From contig JBNKHE010000001.1 in assembly GCA_050290185.1 (NCBI GenBank), positions 578,713-642,712 on the forward strand: a stretch of 64,000 nt of DNA, given 5' to 3'. A program made the translations under genes and the position numbers. This stretch comes from Pontiella sp. Its GTDB lineage: Bacteria > Verrucomicrobiota > Kiritimatiellia > Kiritimatiellales > Pontiellaceae. The notes beneath the pieces were generated by a model, which was not told where the DNA came from, did not search any database, and was given only the letters and a program-made list of their open reading frames with translations. This document shows, in pieces, positions 10,163 to 18,761 of the stretch (positions are counted from its first letter, which is position 1; every line of letters starts with the position of its first letter).

Positions 10163-11254
10163 TCATACAACGAGATCACCGAACAGATAGGCCGCATTGC
10201 AGGCGCCTTCGGCGCTGACCATGCAGGAACCGACTGGAGAATCGGGGGTGCAGGCTTTACCGAAAAGCGGGCAGTCGGGGGGGTGCCTGATCCCGCAGAG
10301 GATTTCCCCGCAGATGCAGCCCTTGGGTTCATTGCTTTCGACGACGGGTTTGATGCGCCGATCTGCATCGAACTGCGCGTATTCGGACCGGACGCCATAA
10401 CCGGCGTCGGGAATGATGCCGAGTCCGCGCAGTTCGTCATCCTTTTCCACGAACACTTCCTCTATCACCTGCTGCGCCTTGCGGTTTCCCTCGTGGGAAA
10501 CCGCGCGGGTATATCCATTGAGATTGCCCGATCGACCATTGGCCAATTCGCCCGCCAGTAGATGAATGGCCCCCAGCAAGTCAAGTGGTTCGAAACCGCC
10601 CACCACCATGGGCACGTCATATTTAGCGCATAGCTCATCGTAGGCTTTGGTGCCAATGATGGATGTCACATGGCCCGGCGTGATGAAACCATCAATCTCC
10701 GCCTTGCCGGAAGAAAGCAACGCTTCGAGAACTGGCGGCACGCGCTTTGCGGAAAGCAGCACCGACAGGTTTTCCACCCCTTCGGCCTGCGCCTTTTGAA
10801 TGATCAGCCCGATACCCGGCAACGTGGTTTCAAATCCTATGCCCAGAAACACCACCTGCCGATCTGGATTCGATTTGGCGAAATCGACGGCTTGGAACGG
10901 CGAGTAAACCGGTTGAATGTCTGCGCCTTCGGCCGCCGCCTTTTCGAGAGACATTGTGGTTCCGGGAACGCGCACCAGATCGCCGAAGGTAAAGATGCTG
11001 GCACCATGCTCGAGTCCAAGACAGACAGCCTTGTCGATGTATTCGATCGGTGTGACGCAGACCGGACAGCCCGGACCTGATACCAACCGTAGCGTGGGTG
11101 GCAGCATTTCACGGAGCTTGTACTTGTAAATGGTATGGGTTTGGCCACCGCAAACTTCCATGATATTGAACGGCCGGTCCGCCACCGTTTCCGCGATAGC
11201 TTTAGTAAGCTTTCGTGCCAGCTCGGGATTCTTAAAGTCGTTAAGCAGGTTCAT
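10163..11254 (-). CDS. hypD: Hydrogenase maturation protein HypD
   Basis: EVCGGQTH, GPGCPVC, GFETT, PGHV, C-terminal Fe-S cysteines (CICG..CPLFG..CMVS). Confidence 0.98.
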   Translation of the reverse strand: MNLLNDFKNPELARKLTKAIAETVADRPFNIMEVCGGQTHTIYKYKLREMLPPTLRLVSGPGCPVCVTPIEYIDKAVCLGLEHGASIFTFGDLVRVPGTTMSLEKAAAEGADIQPVYSPFQAVDFAKSNPDRQVVFLGIGFETTLPGIGLIIQKAQAEGVENLSVLLSAKRVPPVLEALLSSGKAEIDGFITPGHVTSIIGTKAYDELCAKYDVPMVVGGFEPLDLLGAIHLLAGELANGRSGNLNGYTRAVSHEGNRKAQQVIEEVFVEKDDELRGLGIIPDAGYGVRSEYAQFDADRRIKPVVESNEPKGCICGEILCGIRHPPDCPLFGKACTPDSPVGSCMVSAEGACNAAYLFGDLVV

Positions 11255-11260
11255 ATCAAC

Positions 11261-11310
11261 AAGGCAGGCTGGAAGCCTGCGGTACGTATCGCCGGCATCT
11301 TGCCGGCCTT
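11261..11310. repeat. Back-to-back pair of 25-nt REP-like palindromic units
   Basis: Left unit (reverse complement) GTACC-GCAGGC-TTCCA-GCCTGC-CTT; right unit GTATC-GCCGGC-ATCTT-GCCGGC-CTT. Confidence 0.7.
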
Positions 11311-11311
11311 G

Positions 11312-11530
11312 CTATCCATTTTGCAGTTCATTCCAGAAGGACAGGGTTTCATTCGCCTCGGCTTCGGAGAGGGTTTCGATAGCGATACCGGTGTGGACCA
11401 GCACATGGTCGCCGACCGTTACCTTATCGAGCAAGGCGGTGGAAAACTCGACCTGCACACCGAGCTGCTCCCCGACAGCCATCTGGCCTTCGAGCAGTTC
11501 AACGACTTTAATGGGCACTGCAAGACACAT
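11312..11530 (-). CDS. hypC: Hydrogenase maturation chaperone HypC
   Basis: N-terminal MCLAVP; VGDHVLVHTGIAI. Confidence 0.97.
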   Translation of the reverse strand: MCLAVPIKVVELLEGQMAVGEQLGVQVEFSTALLDKVTVGDHVLVHTGIAIETLSEAEANETLSFWNELQNG

Positions 11531-11649
11531 GAATCACCTTTCCAATACGTACACGATTTACTGCAGTCTAGCTTGCACAACGACCAAAAGCAAACGCCCC
11601 CACAGAAATAGCTATAGATTTGATTTGGCCAATACATAAAAATATTATA

Positions 11650-11979
11650 ATGCTTGATCTATTGAATTTGGAGAGCCCCATGGTTGCTGAAGAACGAAAT
11701 ATCGCTGCGGAAGTATTGAAGGCGATGGCCCACCCTGTTCGTTTGGGTGTCATCGAAATTCTGGCTGACGGCGAACGAACGGTTACCCAGCTCTATGAAG
11801 AACTGGGATGCAGCCAATCGATGATGTCGCAGCAGTTGAAGATCCTGTGCCAGCAGAAGCTGGTGGAAATCCGCAAGGACGGTACGCAGAAATACTGTAG
11901 CCTGTCCAACCGCGACTTCCTAAAGCTATTTGACTGCATGCATAAACATCTGCGTCAATTCCTCAATTTTCAGGACTAA
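11650..11979 (+). CDS. ArsR/SmtB-family transcriptional regulator (four Cys)
   Basis: LKAMAHPVRLGVI..SQSMMSQQLKIL helix-turn-helix. Confidence 0.92.
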   Translation: MLDLLNLESPMVAEERNIAAEVLKAMAHPVRLGVIEILADGERTVTQLYEELGCSQSMMSQQLKILCQQKLVEIRKDGTQKYCSLSNRDFLKLFDCMHKHLRQFLNFQD

Positions 11980-12055
11980 CCATCCTGTTTTTTCACCTCC
12001 CGTACATTAGGTTATCATTATCTTTTAATTATATAACTGGAAAGGTCATCATAGA

Positions 12056-14512
12056 ATGAGTACTGAAAAACTTCTGATTGTCGGCGGTGTGGCCGGCGGA
12101 GCAAGCGCGGCGGCCCGGGCACGCCGACTCGATGAAAACTGCGAAATCATCCTGTTCGAACGCGGGCCGGATATCTCGTTCGCCAATTGCGGCCTCCCCT
12201 ACCACATCGGCGGAACCATTGCCGAACGCGAAAAGCTGCTCGTCACCACGCCGGAAGCAATGGTCGGCAAGTTCAACCTCGAGGTGCGCACGTTGAGCGA
12301 AGTGGTCGCAATCGACCGTGCTAACAAGCAGATCTCGGTCAAGAACCTGAAAACCGGAGAAGAATATACCGAGTCCTACGACAAATTGATTCTCAGTCCC
12401 GGCGCGGCCCCGGTTCGTCCCCCCATCGCCGGCATCGACAATCCGAAGGTTTTGACGCTGCGCAATCTCGAGGACATGGATCGGATTATCCAAGGCCTCG
12501 AAGGGAAAAAATCGGCGGCTGTAATCGGCGGCGGCTACATCGGCCTCGAAATGGCCGAGGCGCTGCGCGAACGCAAACTAAGCACCACGCTCATCGAGCT
12601 GGCCCCGCAGGTAATGGGCCCGGCCGACCCGGAAATGGCCACGGTTCTTCATCAGGAAATGCGCCTTCTTGGCGTCAATCTGAAACTGGAAACCTCCGTC
12701 ACCGCCTTCGAAACCGCCGGCGATGGCGTGGACCTGATTCTGAGCGACGGCGACCGCCTGCACAGCGACCTGGCCATTCTGGCGATCGGCGTAAAACCGG
12801 AAGCGACGCTGGCCATCAATGCCGGGCTTGAACTCGGTTCCACCGGCGGGATCAAGGTGAACGAAAACATGCTGACCTCCGATCCCGACATCTATGCGGT
12901 CGGCGACGCGGTCGAAATCACGGACTTCGCGACTGGCCAGCCCGCACTCATCCCGCTGGCCGGCCCCGCCAACCGGCAGGGCCGCATTGCCGCCGACAAT
13001 ATTTTCGGTCGCACCAGCGCCTATAAAAACACACAGGGCACGGCCATCTGCAAGGTCTTCAACATGGCGATCGGTATGACCGGTCTCAGTGAAAAAATGG
13101 CCAGGCGGCAGGGCATCACGTATGAAAAGGTCTATGTCCATCCGGCCAGCCACGCCTCGTACTATCCCGGCTCGCATCCCATCTCGCTCAAGCTCCTATT
13201 CGATCCGGAAAACGGCAAGGTGCTGGGCGCGCAGGCGGTCGGCGCCGACGGCGTCGACAAGCGCATCGACGTCATTGCCGTGGCCATCCGTGCCGGCCTG
13301 ACGGTCTACGACCTGGAAGAGATGGAGCTGACCTATGCCCCGCCGTTTGGCTCGGCCAAGGATCCGGTCAACTATGCGGGCTTTGTGGCCTGCAACGTGT
13401 TGCGCGGCGACGCAAAGCTGTTCCACGTCGAAGAGGCCCTGAAGCCCGCCGACCACCAGAAGCTGATCGACGTGCGCAACCCCGAAGAAATGGCGGGCGG
13501 CACGATTCCCGGCGCCAAGAACATTCCCCTGGGACAACTCCGCGACAAGCTCGACGAACTCGACAAGGACCGCGAATACCTCGTTTTCTGCCAGGTCGGC
13601 CTGCGCGGCTATCTCGCCTGTCGCATCCTGACCCAGAATGGATTCAAGTGCCGCAACCTGACCGGCGGCTATAAAACCTATATGATGGTGACGGCCCACC
13701 AGCCGGACACCATTCCCGAAAACGAAACCACCTTCGACGATCCCGGCGATGACATCGTAGGCGTGTCCGCTCCGGCCTCCGAAGCTCCGGTCGTGGAAAC
13801 GATCGATGCCATCGGACTCCAATGCCCGGGCCCGGTTCTTCAGCTGGCCAAGGGACTGGAACGTGTCCGCAACGGCGAAGCAGTCGGGATCCTGTCCAAC
13901 GATCCCGGCTTCGCCGCCGACATCCCGGCGTGGTGCCACTCGACAGGAAACCAGCTGCAGTCGCTGGAACCCGAAAAGGGCGGATACCGGGCGGTGATCG
14001 TTAAACAAAGCGCTTCGGCCTGCACGATGGCGATGGGTTCCGGAGAAAAGCGCTTCACCAATGTGGTGTTCAGCAACGATCTCGACAAAGCACTGGCCGC
14101 TTTCATCATTGCCAACGGCGCCGCCACCATGGGCTACAAAGTGACGCTGTTCTTCACCTTCTGGGGACTGAACATCCTGCGCAAGGAAGGCCCGGTTTCC
14201 GTGCAGAAAAACCTCGTGGAAAAAATGTTCGGCTTCATGATGCCCAAGGGCCCCAAAAAGCTGGCCCTCTCCCAAATGCACATGGGCGGCATGGGTGCCG
14301 CCATGATCAAGGGGATCATGAAACAGAAGAACGTCATGAGCCTGCCGGAACTGATCGACACGGCCGTCAACAACGGCGTGAAACTAGTGGCCTGCTCTAT
14401 GTCCATGGACCTGATGGGGATCAAACGCGAAGAACTAATCGATGGCATCGAGGAAGGCGGCGTGGCAATGTACATTGATGAGCTTGGCGGCAACGCCAAC
14501 CTATTCATTTAA
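12056..14512 (+). CDS. CoA-disulfide/persulfide reductase fused to rhodanese, TusA/SirA and DsrE2-like domains
   Basis: GGVAGG FAD site, SFANCGLP redox Cys, GGGYIG, YAPPF; rhodanese FCQVGLRG; TusA GLQCPGP; DsrE FFTFWG..ACSMSMD. Confidence 0.93.
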   Translation: MSTEKLLIVGGVAGGASAAARARRLDENCEIILFERGPDISFANCGLPYHIGGTIAEREKLLVTTPEAMVGKFNLEVRTLSEVVAIDRANKQISVKNLKTGEEYTESYDKLILSPGAAPVRPPIAGIDNPKVLTLRNLEDMDRIIQGLEGKKSAAVIGGGYIGLEMAEALRERKLSTTLIELAPQVMGPADPEMATVLHQEMRLLGVNLKLETSVTAFETAGDGVDLILSDGDRLHSDLAILAIGVKPEATLAINAGLELGSTGGIKVNENMLTSDPDIYAVGDAVEITDFATGQPALIPLAGPANRQGRIAADNIFGRTSAYKNTQGTAICKVFNMAIGMTGLSEKMARRQGITYEKVYVHPASHASYYPGSHPISLKLLFDPENGKVLGAQAVGADGVDKRIDVIAVAIRAGLTVYDLEEMELTYAPPFGSAKDPVNYAGFVACNVLRGDAKLFHVEEALKPADHQKLIDVRNPEEMAGGTIPGAKNIPLGQLRDKLDELDKDREYLVFCQVGLRGYLACRILTQNGFKCRNLTGGYKTYMMVTAHQPDTIPENETTFDDPGDDIVGVSAPASEAPVVETIDAIGLQCPGPVLQLAKGLERVRNGEAVGILSNDPGFAADIPAWCHSTGNQLQSLEPEKGGYRAVIVKQSASACTMAMGSGEKRFTNVVFSNDLDKALAAFIIANGAATMGYKVTLFFTFWGLNILRKEGPVSVQKNLVEKMFGFMMPKGPKKLALSQMHMGGMGAAMIKGIMKQKNVMSLPELIDTAVNNGVKLVACSMSMDLMGIKREELIDGIEEGGVAMYIDELGGNANLFI

Positions 14513-14527
14513 TACAAGGAGAACATT

Positions 14528-14944
14528 ATGTGGACCTATGAAAGCGCCGTAGACTGGAAGCAGGGAAAGACCGGGGAAACCCGCAGTGCCGGCAAACCCA
14601 CCGTCGAGGTGGCAACGCCCCCGGAATTCGGAGGCCCGGAAAACATCTGGACGCCGGAAGAGCTGCTCACCAGCTCCGTGGCGACCTGTATCATGACCTC
14701 GGCGCTGTTCTTTCTCGACCGCGCGAAGATCCAACTGCGCTCCTACAAGAGCAATGCCACCGCCACGATGGAGAAAGGTCCTGCCGGCCTGACCATCACC
14801 GGGATCAAGGTGGCTGTTAGCGTCGAACTGGAAGATGCATCGCAAGAGGATGCGGCACGCAAGGCCGTGGAACAGGCGGAAAAAACCTGTCCGATTTCCA
14901 ACTCGCTGCAATGCCCCGTTGCACTCGAACTTCAAGTCGGCTGA
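14528..14944 (+). CDS. OsmC/Ohr-family protein
   Basis: PPEFGG..WTPEELL..VATC and KTCPIS Cys pair. Confidence 0.9.
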   Translation: MWTYESAVDWKQGKTGETRSAGKPTVEVATPPEFGGPENIWTPEELLTSSVATCIMTSALFFLDRAKIQLRSYKSNATATMEKGPAGLTITGIKVAVSVELEDASQEDAARKAVEQAEKTCPISNSLQCPVALELQVG

Positions 14945-14957
14945 CCGGTTGCATCCC

Positions 14958-15395
14958 ATGGCCATTCCAAAAAAGGATATCACCGTAAGCTTCCCGGGAG
15001 GGAAGCAGGTGCAGGCGCATTTCAACGGACACTCGGTTCTGACGGACCAGTCGGTGAAGAACGGAGGCAAAGGCTCGGCTCCTGAGCCGTTCGACCTCTT
15101 CTTTGTCTCGATGGCCACCTGTGTCGGCATCTATGTGCTGGAATTCTGCACCAGCCGCGAATTGGATACCGACGGCCTCGGGGTACATCTGGTCAGCGAA
15201 CTGGATCCCGCGGAAAAGCGGTTTCCGAAGGTCTCCATCGACATCGCCCTCCCCCAGGGATTTCCGGAAAAATACCGCAAGGCCATCTGGCGGACCGCCA
15301 ATCTTTGCAGCGTCAAGAAACACATTCTCAACCCTCCGGAATTCAACATCTTGCTCGACGGGCATGCGGTGGACGCTGAACCTCCGGAAGGTTAG
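14958..15395 (+). CDS. OsmC-family protein
   Basis: TDQSVKNGG..PEPFDLF..ATC and LCSVKK Cys pair. Confidence 0.9.
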   Translation: MAIPKKDITVSFPGGKQVQAHFNGHSVLTDQSVKNGGKGSAPEPFDLFFVSMATCVGIYVLEFCTSRELDTDGLGVHLVSELDPAEKRFPKVSIDIALPQGFPEKYRKAIWRTANLCSVKKHILNPPEFNILLDGHAVDAEPPEG

Positions 15396-15508
15396 TTTTT
15401 CCAAGGATACTTTTTCTCGGAAAGCCCGCGGGGATAGCTGAATTCCCGAACTACCACTCGCTCATCGTCCAAGTTCAGCGACAGGCGGCAACGTATACCC
15501 TGCACGTC
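15392..15508 (-). pseudogene. 3' remnant of a paralog of the 15644-16390 gene
   Basis: Translates to DVQGIRCRLSLNLDDERVVVREFSYPRGLSEKKYPWKN*, matching the neighbour's DVHGIRCRLIVKLSEEQTLVREFNEPSGLSEHKYPWKE*; in-frame stop shortly upstream. Confidence 0.85.
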
Positions 15509-15643
15509 AATGCATTCGTGCATATGCTCAACCAGACCTCAACAATGGCGAAAGCGTGCACGGTGGTCAGCCAATTGTTCGAATTTAAACAACCTGCATG
15601 AGTGGCCCATCACATATGAATCAGCGACCCGACATGCAGAAAT

Positions 15644-16390
15644 CTATTCCTTCCAAGGATACTTATGCTCGGAGAGTCCGGAGGGCTCGTTGAACTCGCG
15701 AACCAGGGTTTGCTCCTCGGACAGCTTGACGATCAGGCGGCAACGGATCCCATGCACATCCCCTTCGGCAGGTTTGCTCGATATCGTAAAGCGGGAAGTG
15801 AACCGCTCATTCAGGATTTCGACGGCATCCGTCTTGAATCTGATCTTCCGGCCGGCATCGATATTCGGTAGCTTTTTCTCACCGAAATGAACTTTCTGCT
15901 CGGGCTCTTTGGCTCCCCGCTGGCCTTGTTCATAATAGATTTTGTATTCGACGCGGGCATCAAGGATCGGAAAGGATGACTTGTTTTCAAACTCAATGAT
16001 ATAACCGATCTCCTCGTATTCTTGTTCCCCGCCCTTCTCCTGATCAGTGTCGCCATAGTCATAACTCACATTGAAGATGATCTCCTCTTCCCGCTCGCTG
16101 AAGACCTCCTCATCGGTAGAAATTTTCAGGTTTCTGTCGGAAATCAGCTCGTTGGCCTTATACCAATCCGTGATGTAGTCCTGGTCGGATTTGGAGAAAC
16201 CGCTGATCTTTACCGTCATGCGCCGGCCGTTTTCAAGCTCAACCGTTACGCGGTCACTCTCCGGCTCGCATTTCACGACCTTGAGCATGATGGACCGGCC
16301 CTGTTCATCCATGAATACGCGAAACTCTTCCCCGGCAAGACTGCATAGGCAAGAGACCGCAACGATCAGCAATACGACATAACTCTTCAT
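15644..16390 (-). CDS. Secreted protein with N-terminal SHD1-like domain
   Basis: Signal peptide, then FRVFMDEQGRSI..V.V..ENG..V.IS.FSKSDQDYI. Confidence 0.8.
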   Translation of the reverse strand: MKSYVVLLIVAVSCLCSLAGEEFRVFMDEQGRSIMLKVVKCEPESDRVTVELENGRRMTVKISGFSKSDQDYITDWYKANELISDRNLKISTDEEVFSEREEEIIFNVSYDYGDTDQEKGGEQEYEEIGYIIEFENKSSFPILDARVEYKIYYEQGQRGAKEPEQKVHFGEKKLPNIDAGRKIRFKTDAVEILNERFTSRFTISSKPAEGDVHGIRCRLIVKLSEEQTLVREFNEPSGLSEHKYPWKE

Positions 16391-16409
16391 GATTTTCCCC
16401 TGTTGTTTC

Positions 16410-17789
16410 CTATAGGTGTTCGATCAAATAACGTTTTACGGCATCCACATCATTGGCGATGGTGTCACAACGGGTTTCGGCATCAATGAGCGCATCCAGT
16501 ATCGGATGATGAACCTCTTCGCCAATCGCATCGATGATGGCTTGGGTAAACTTGGCTGGATGCGCGGTCGCCAAACAAATGGTAGGCGATGATTCGGAAA
16601 GCTCCTTCTCCGCCACCAAAACACCCACGGCCGTGTGCGGGTCCAGGACATAGCCAAATTGATCGTTGTATCGTTTGATGGTCTCCAGTGTCGCGGCCGT
16701 GTCGCCCCGGCCGGCCACGAACAGGTCATCCACCACGTTGTTTTTATTCAACGGAACGCAAAGTTCGCCGGACTGCGAGAAGTCGGCCATTAGCGCGGTA
16801 AGTTTGGCGGCATCCTGCCCAACCTTGTAGTAGAGATAGCGTTCGAAATTGCTGGCGACCTGGATGTCCATGGACGGGCTGATGGTCGGCACTACGCTGG
16901 CCATGCCGTAGACGCCACTGTTGAAGAAACGCGAAAGAATATCGTTTTCGTTGGTGGCAAGAATCAGCTTGCCGACGGGAAGTCCCATGCGCTGCGCCAG
17001 ATAGCCGGCCATGATATCGCCGAAGTTGCCGGTCGGAACGGAAAACTGCACGGACGACGAACCGGTTTCCTCCATCACCCGGAAGGCCGAATAGAAATAG
17101 TAGACCGTCTGCGCCAGCACACGTGCCCAGTTGACCGAATTAACCGAACCCAGCGCATGCTCCGTCTTGAACGGCACATCGGCGAAAGTTGTTTTCATGA
17201 TGTGCTGGCAGTCGTCGAACGTGCCATCGACTGCGAGGTTGAAGACGTTGTCGTCGAGCACACTCGTCATCTGTTTTTCCTGCAACGGACTGGTCCGGCC
17301 GGCCGGATGCATGATGAAGATATTGATATTGGGCTTTCCCCGCACGCCATGGATCGCGGCGCTGCCGGTGTCGCCGCTGGTGGCCCCGAGTATATTCAGA
17401 TTACCGCCACGTTTTTCCAGGATGTAGGCAAAGAGGTTTCCGAGAAACTGCAGCGCCACATCCTTGAAGGCCAGCGTCGGTCCGTGAAACAACTCCAGAA
17501 TATGCACATCGCCCACCTTGACGGAAGGTGCGACTTCGGGATGGTCGAAGGTCGCATAGCTGGCGTTGATAAGCTGGCGCAAATCATTCTCCGGGATATC
17601 GGTGGCAAACAGGCTTATCACCTCGAAGGCCAATTCCGGGTAGGTAAGTTTCGCCCATGCATCCAACTTGTCCGCTACATTGGGCAGTGATTCCGGCAGC
17701 AGCAGGCCGCCATCCGGCGCCAATCCCGTCATGACCGCATCTTGAAATCCAACAGGCTCCATCTGCCCGCGCGTGCTGATATATTTCAT
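16410..17789 (-). CDS. thrC: Threonine synthase
   Basis: MKYISTRG, GLAPDGGL, ELFHGPTLAFKD, VPTGNFG, SPSMDI, ATAHPAKF. Confidence 0.98.
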   Translation of the reverse strand: MKYISTRGQMEPVGFQDAVMTGLAPDGGLLLPESLPNVADKLDAWAKLTYPELAFEVISLFATDIPENDLRQLINASYATFDHPEVAPSVKVGDVHILELFHGPTLAFKDVALQFLGNLFAYILEKRGGNLNILGATSGDTGSAAIHGVRGKPNINIFIMHPAGRTSPLQEKQMTSVLDDNVFNLAVDGTFDDCQHIMKTTFADVPFKTEHALGSVNSVNWARVLAQTVYYFYSAFRVMEETGSSSVQFSVPTGNFGDIMAGYLAQRMGLPVGKLILATNENDILSRFFNSGVYGMASVVPTISPSMDIQVASNFERYLYYKVGQDAAKLTALMADFSQSGELCVPLNKNNVVDDLFVAGRGDTAATLETIKRYNDQFGYVLDPHTAVGVLVAEKELSESSPTICLATAHPAKFTQAIIDAIGEEVHHPILDALIDAETRCDTIANDVDAVKRYLIEHL

Positions 17790-17803
17790 ACTGTATTCCT
17801 CAT

Positions 17804-17857
17804 AAAAAAAACCGGGGCCGGATCATTTATTATAATCCGGCCCTTTTAAAGCATCAA
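17804..17857 (-). terminator. Intrinsic terminator overlapped by a sigma70 promoter for thrC
   Basis: Stem GGGCCGGAT/ATCCGGCCC (17815-17843) followed by T8 on minus; TTGATG-17 nt-TATAAT with the -10 in the loop. Confidence 0.65.
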
Positions 17858-17887
17858 TGAATAAGAATCGTCTGGCTGATCCTCTCT

Positions 17888-18586
17888 TTATAGATCAAAC
17901 GTGTGACGCTCGTAATCTGCTCGAGAATACGTATCAACCTTGCTAACAGCCTGCTTCCTGATCACATTCAACTTTTTTTCATACGAACTCTTATTGGCAT
18001 CGATCGCGACCATTTCCCCTTTGTCATTTTCGACGACAACCAGGTAGCCCTCATACTGCCACCCCGATTTCCCACCTCCATATGAGTCCCAATACGAGAC
18101 CGATCCAGAAGCATTCAAGGAGACCGAATTCTTCTTATCAAAGGAAAATGAAACCTCGTTCTTACCAATGACAACCCTACTGTCTCCTCTGTAGCTCTCT
18201 GCAATGATATATAAGTACGCCTTGAACTTCTGGGTACAGGGCGACTTGCTGACTTTCTTTACTGCCACATTAACCGTTATCGTGTCGCGGTCGTGCGTTG
18301 AATAGCCGTTGTCACTCAGCGCCTCCGTGGATTTATCCCGATCAACCTCGATTTTTATTTCGGGAGGAACTACACTGGCCAGATATTCATTATCCTTCGC
18401 GCAGAGCTTGTTCATGGGAACCATGATGCGCGTGCCATCCTGCTTTTCCAGAACAACCTTATTGCCCGCCATCTGGATAAACTGGGCCTCGATATTTTGC
18501 ATGCCGTCCTTCGACGACCAAACCCGAAACTCCGCATGAACATTCACCACCATCAAAGCAACAGCGACCAATATGTATTTTTTCAT
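17888..18586 (-). CDS. Secreted protein with N-terminal SHD1-like domain
   Basis: Signal peptide, then FRVWSSKDG..IEAQFI..V.LEKQDG..VPMNKLCAKDNEYL. Confidence 0.8.
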   Translation of the reverse strand: MKKYILVAVALMVVNVHAEFRVWSSKDGMQNIEAQFIQMAGNKVVLEKQDGTRIMVPMNKLCAKDNEYLASVVPPEIKIEVDRDKSTEALSDNGYSTHDRDTITVNVAVKKVSKSPCTQKFKAYLYIIAESYRGDSRVVIGKNEVSFSFDKKNSVSLNASGSVSYWDSYGGGKSGWQYEGYLVVVENDKGEMVAIDANKSSYEKKLNVIRKQAVSKVDTYSRADYERHTFDL

Positions 18587-18706
18587 TGCCCCTCCTTTGT
18601 TTATCTACGTCGCAAGATTGAAAGAAGTGTATTAAAGAGAAATAGGATAAACAAGTGATATTCTCCGTCACCCCGGGGGTTCATACGATTTTCGTCTAGA
18701 ATCACT

Positions 18707-18753
18707 TTGCCAAGTCTCCATGGTGCGCGCTAGCTTGGTAATCAATTACCAAG
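18707..18753 (+). promoter_or_regulatory. Putative promoter and palindromic operator of cysE
   Basis: TTGCCA-18 nt-TAGCTT; perfect CTTGGTAAT-CA-ATTACCAAG at 18734-18753. Confidence 0.5.
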
Positions 18754-18761
18754 GGTCCATT

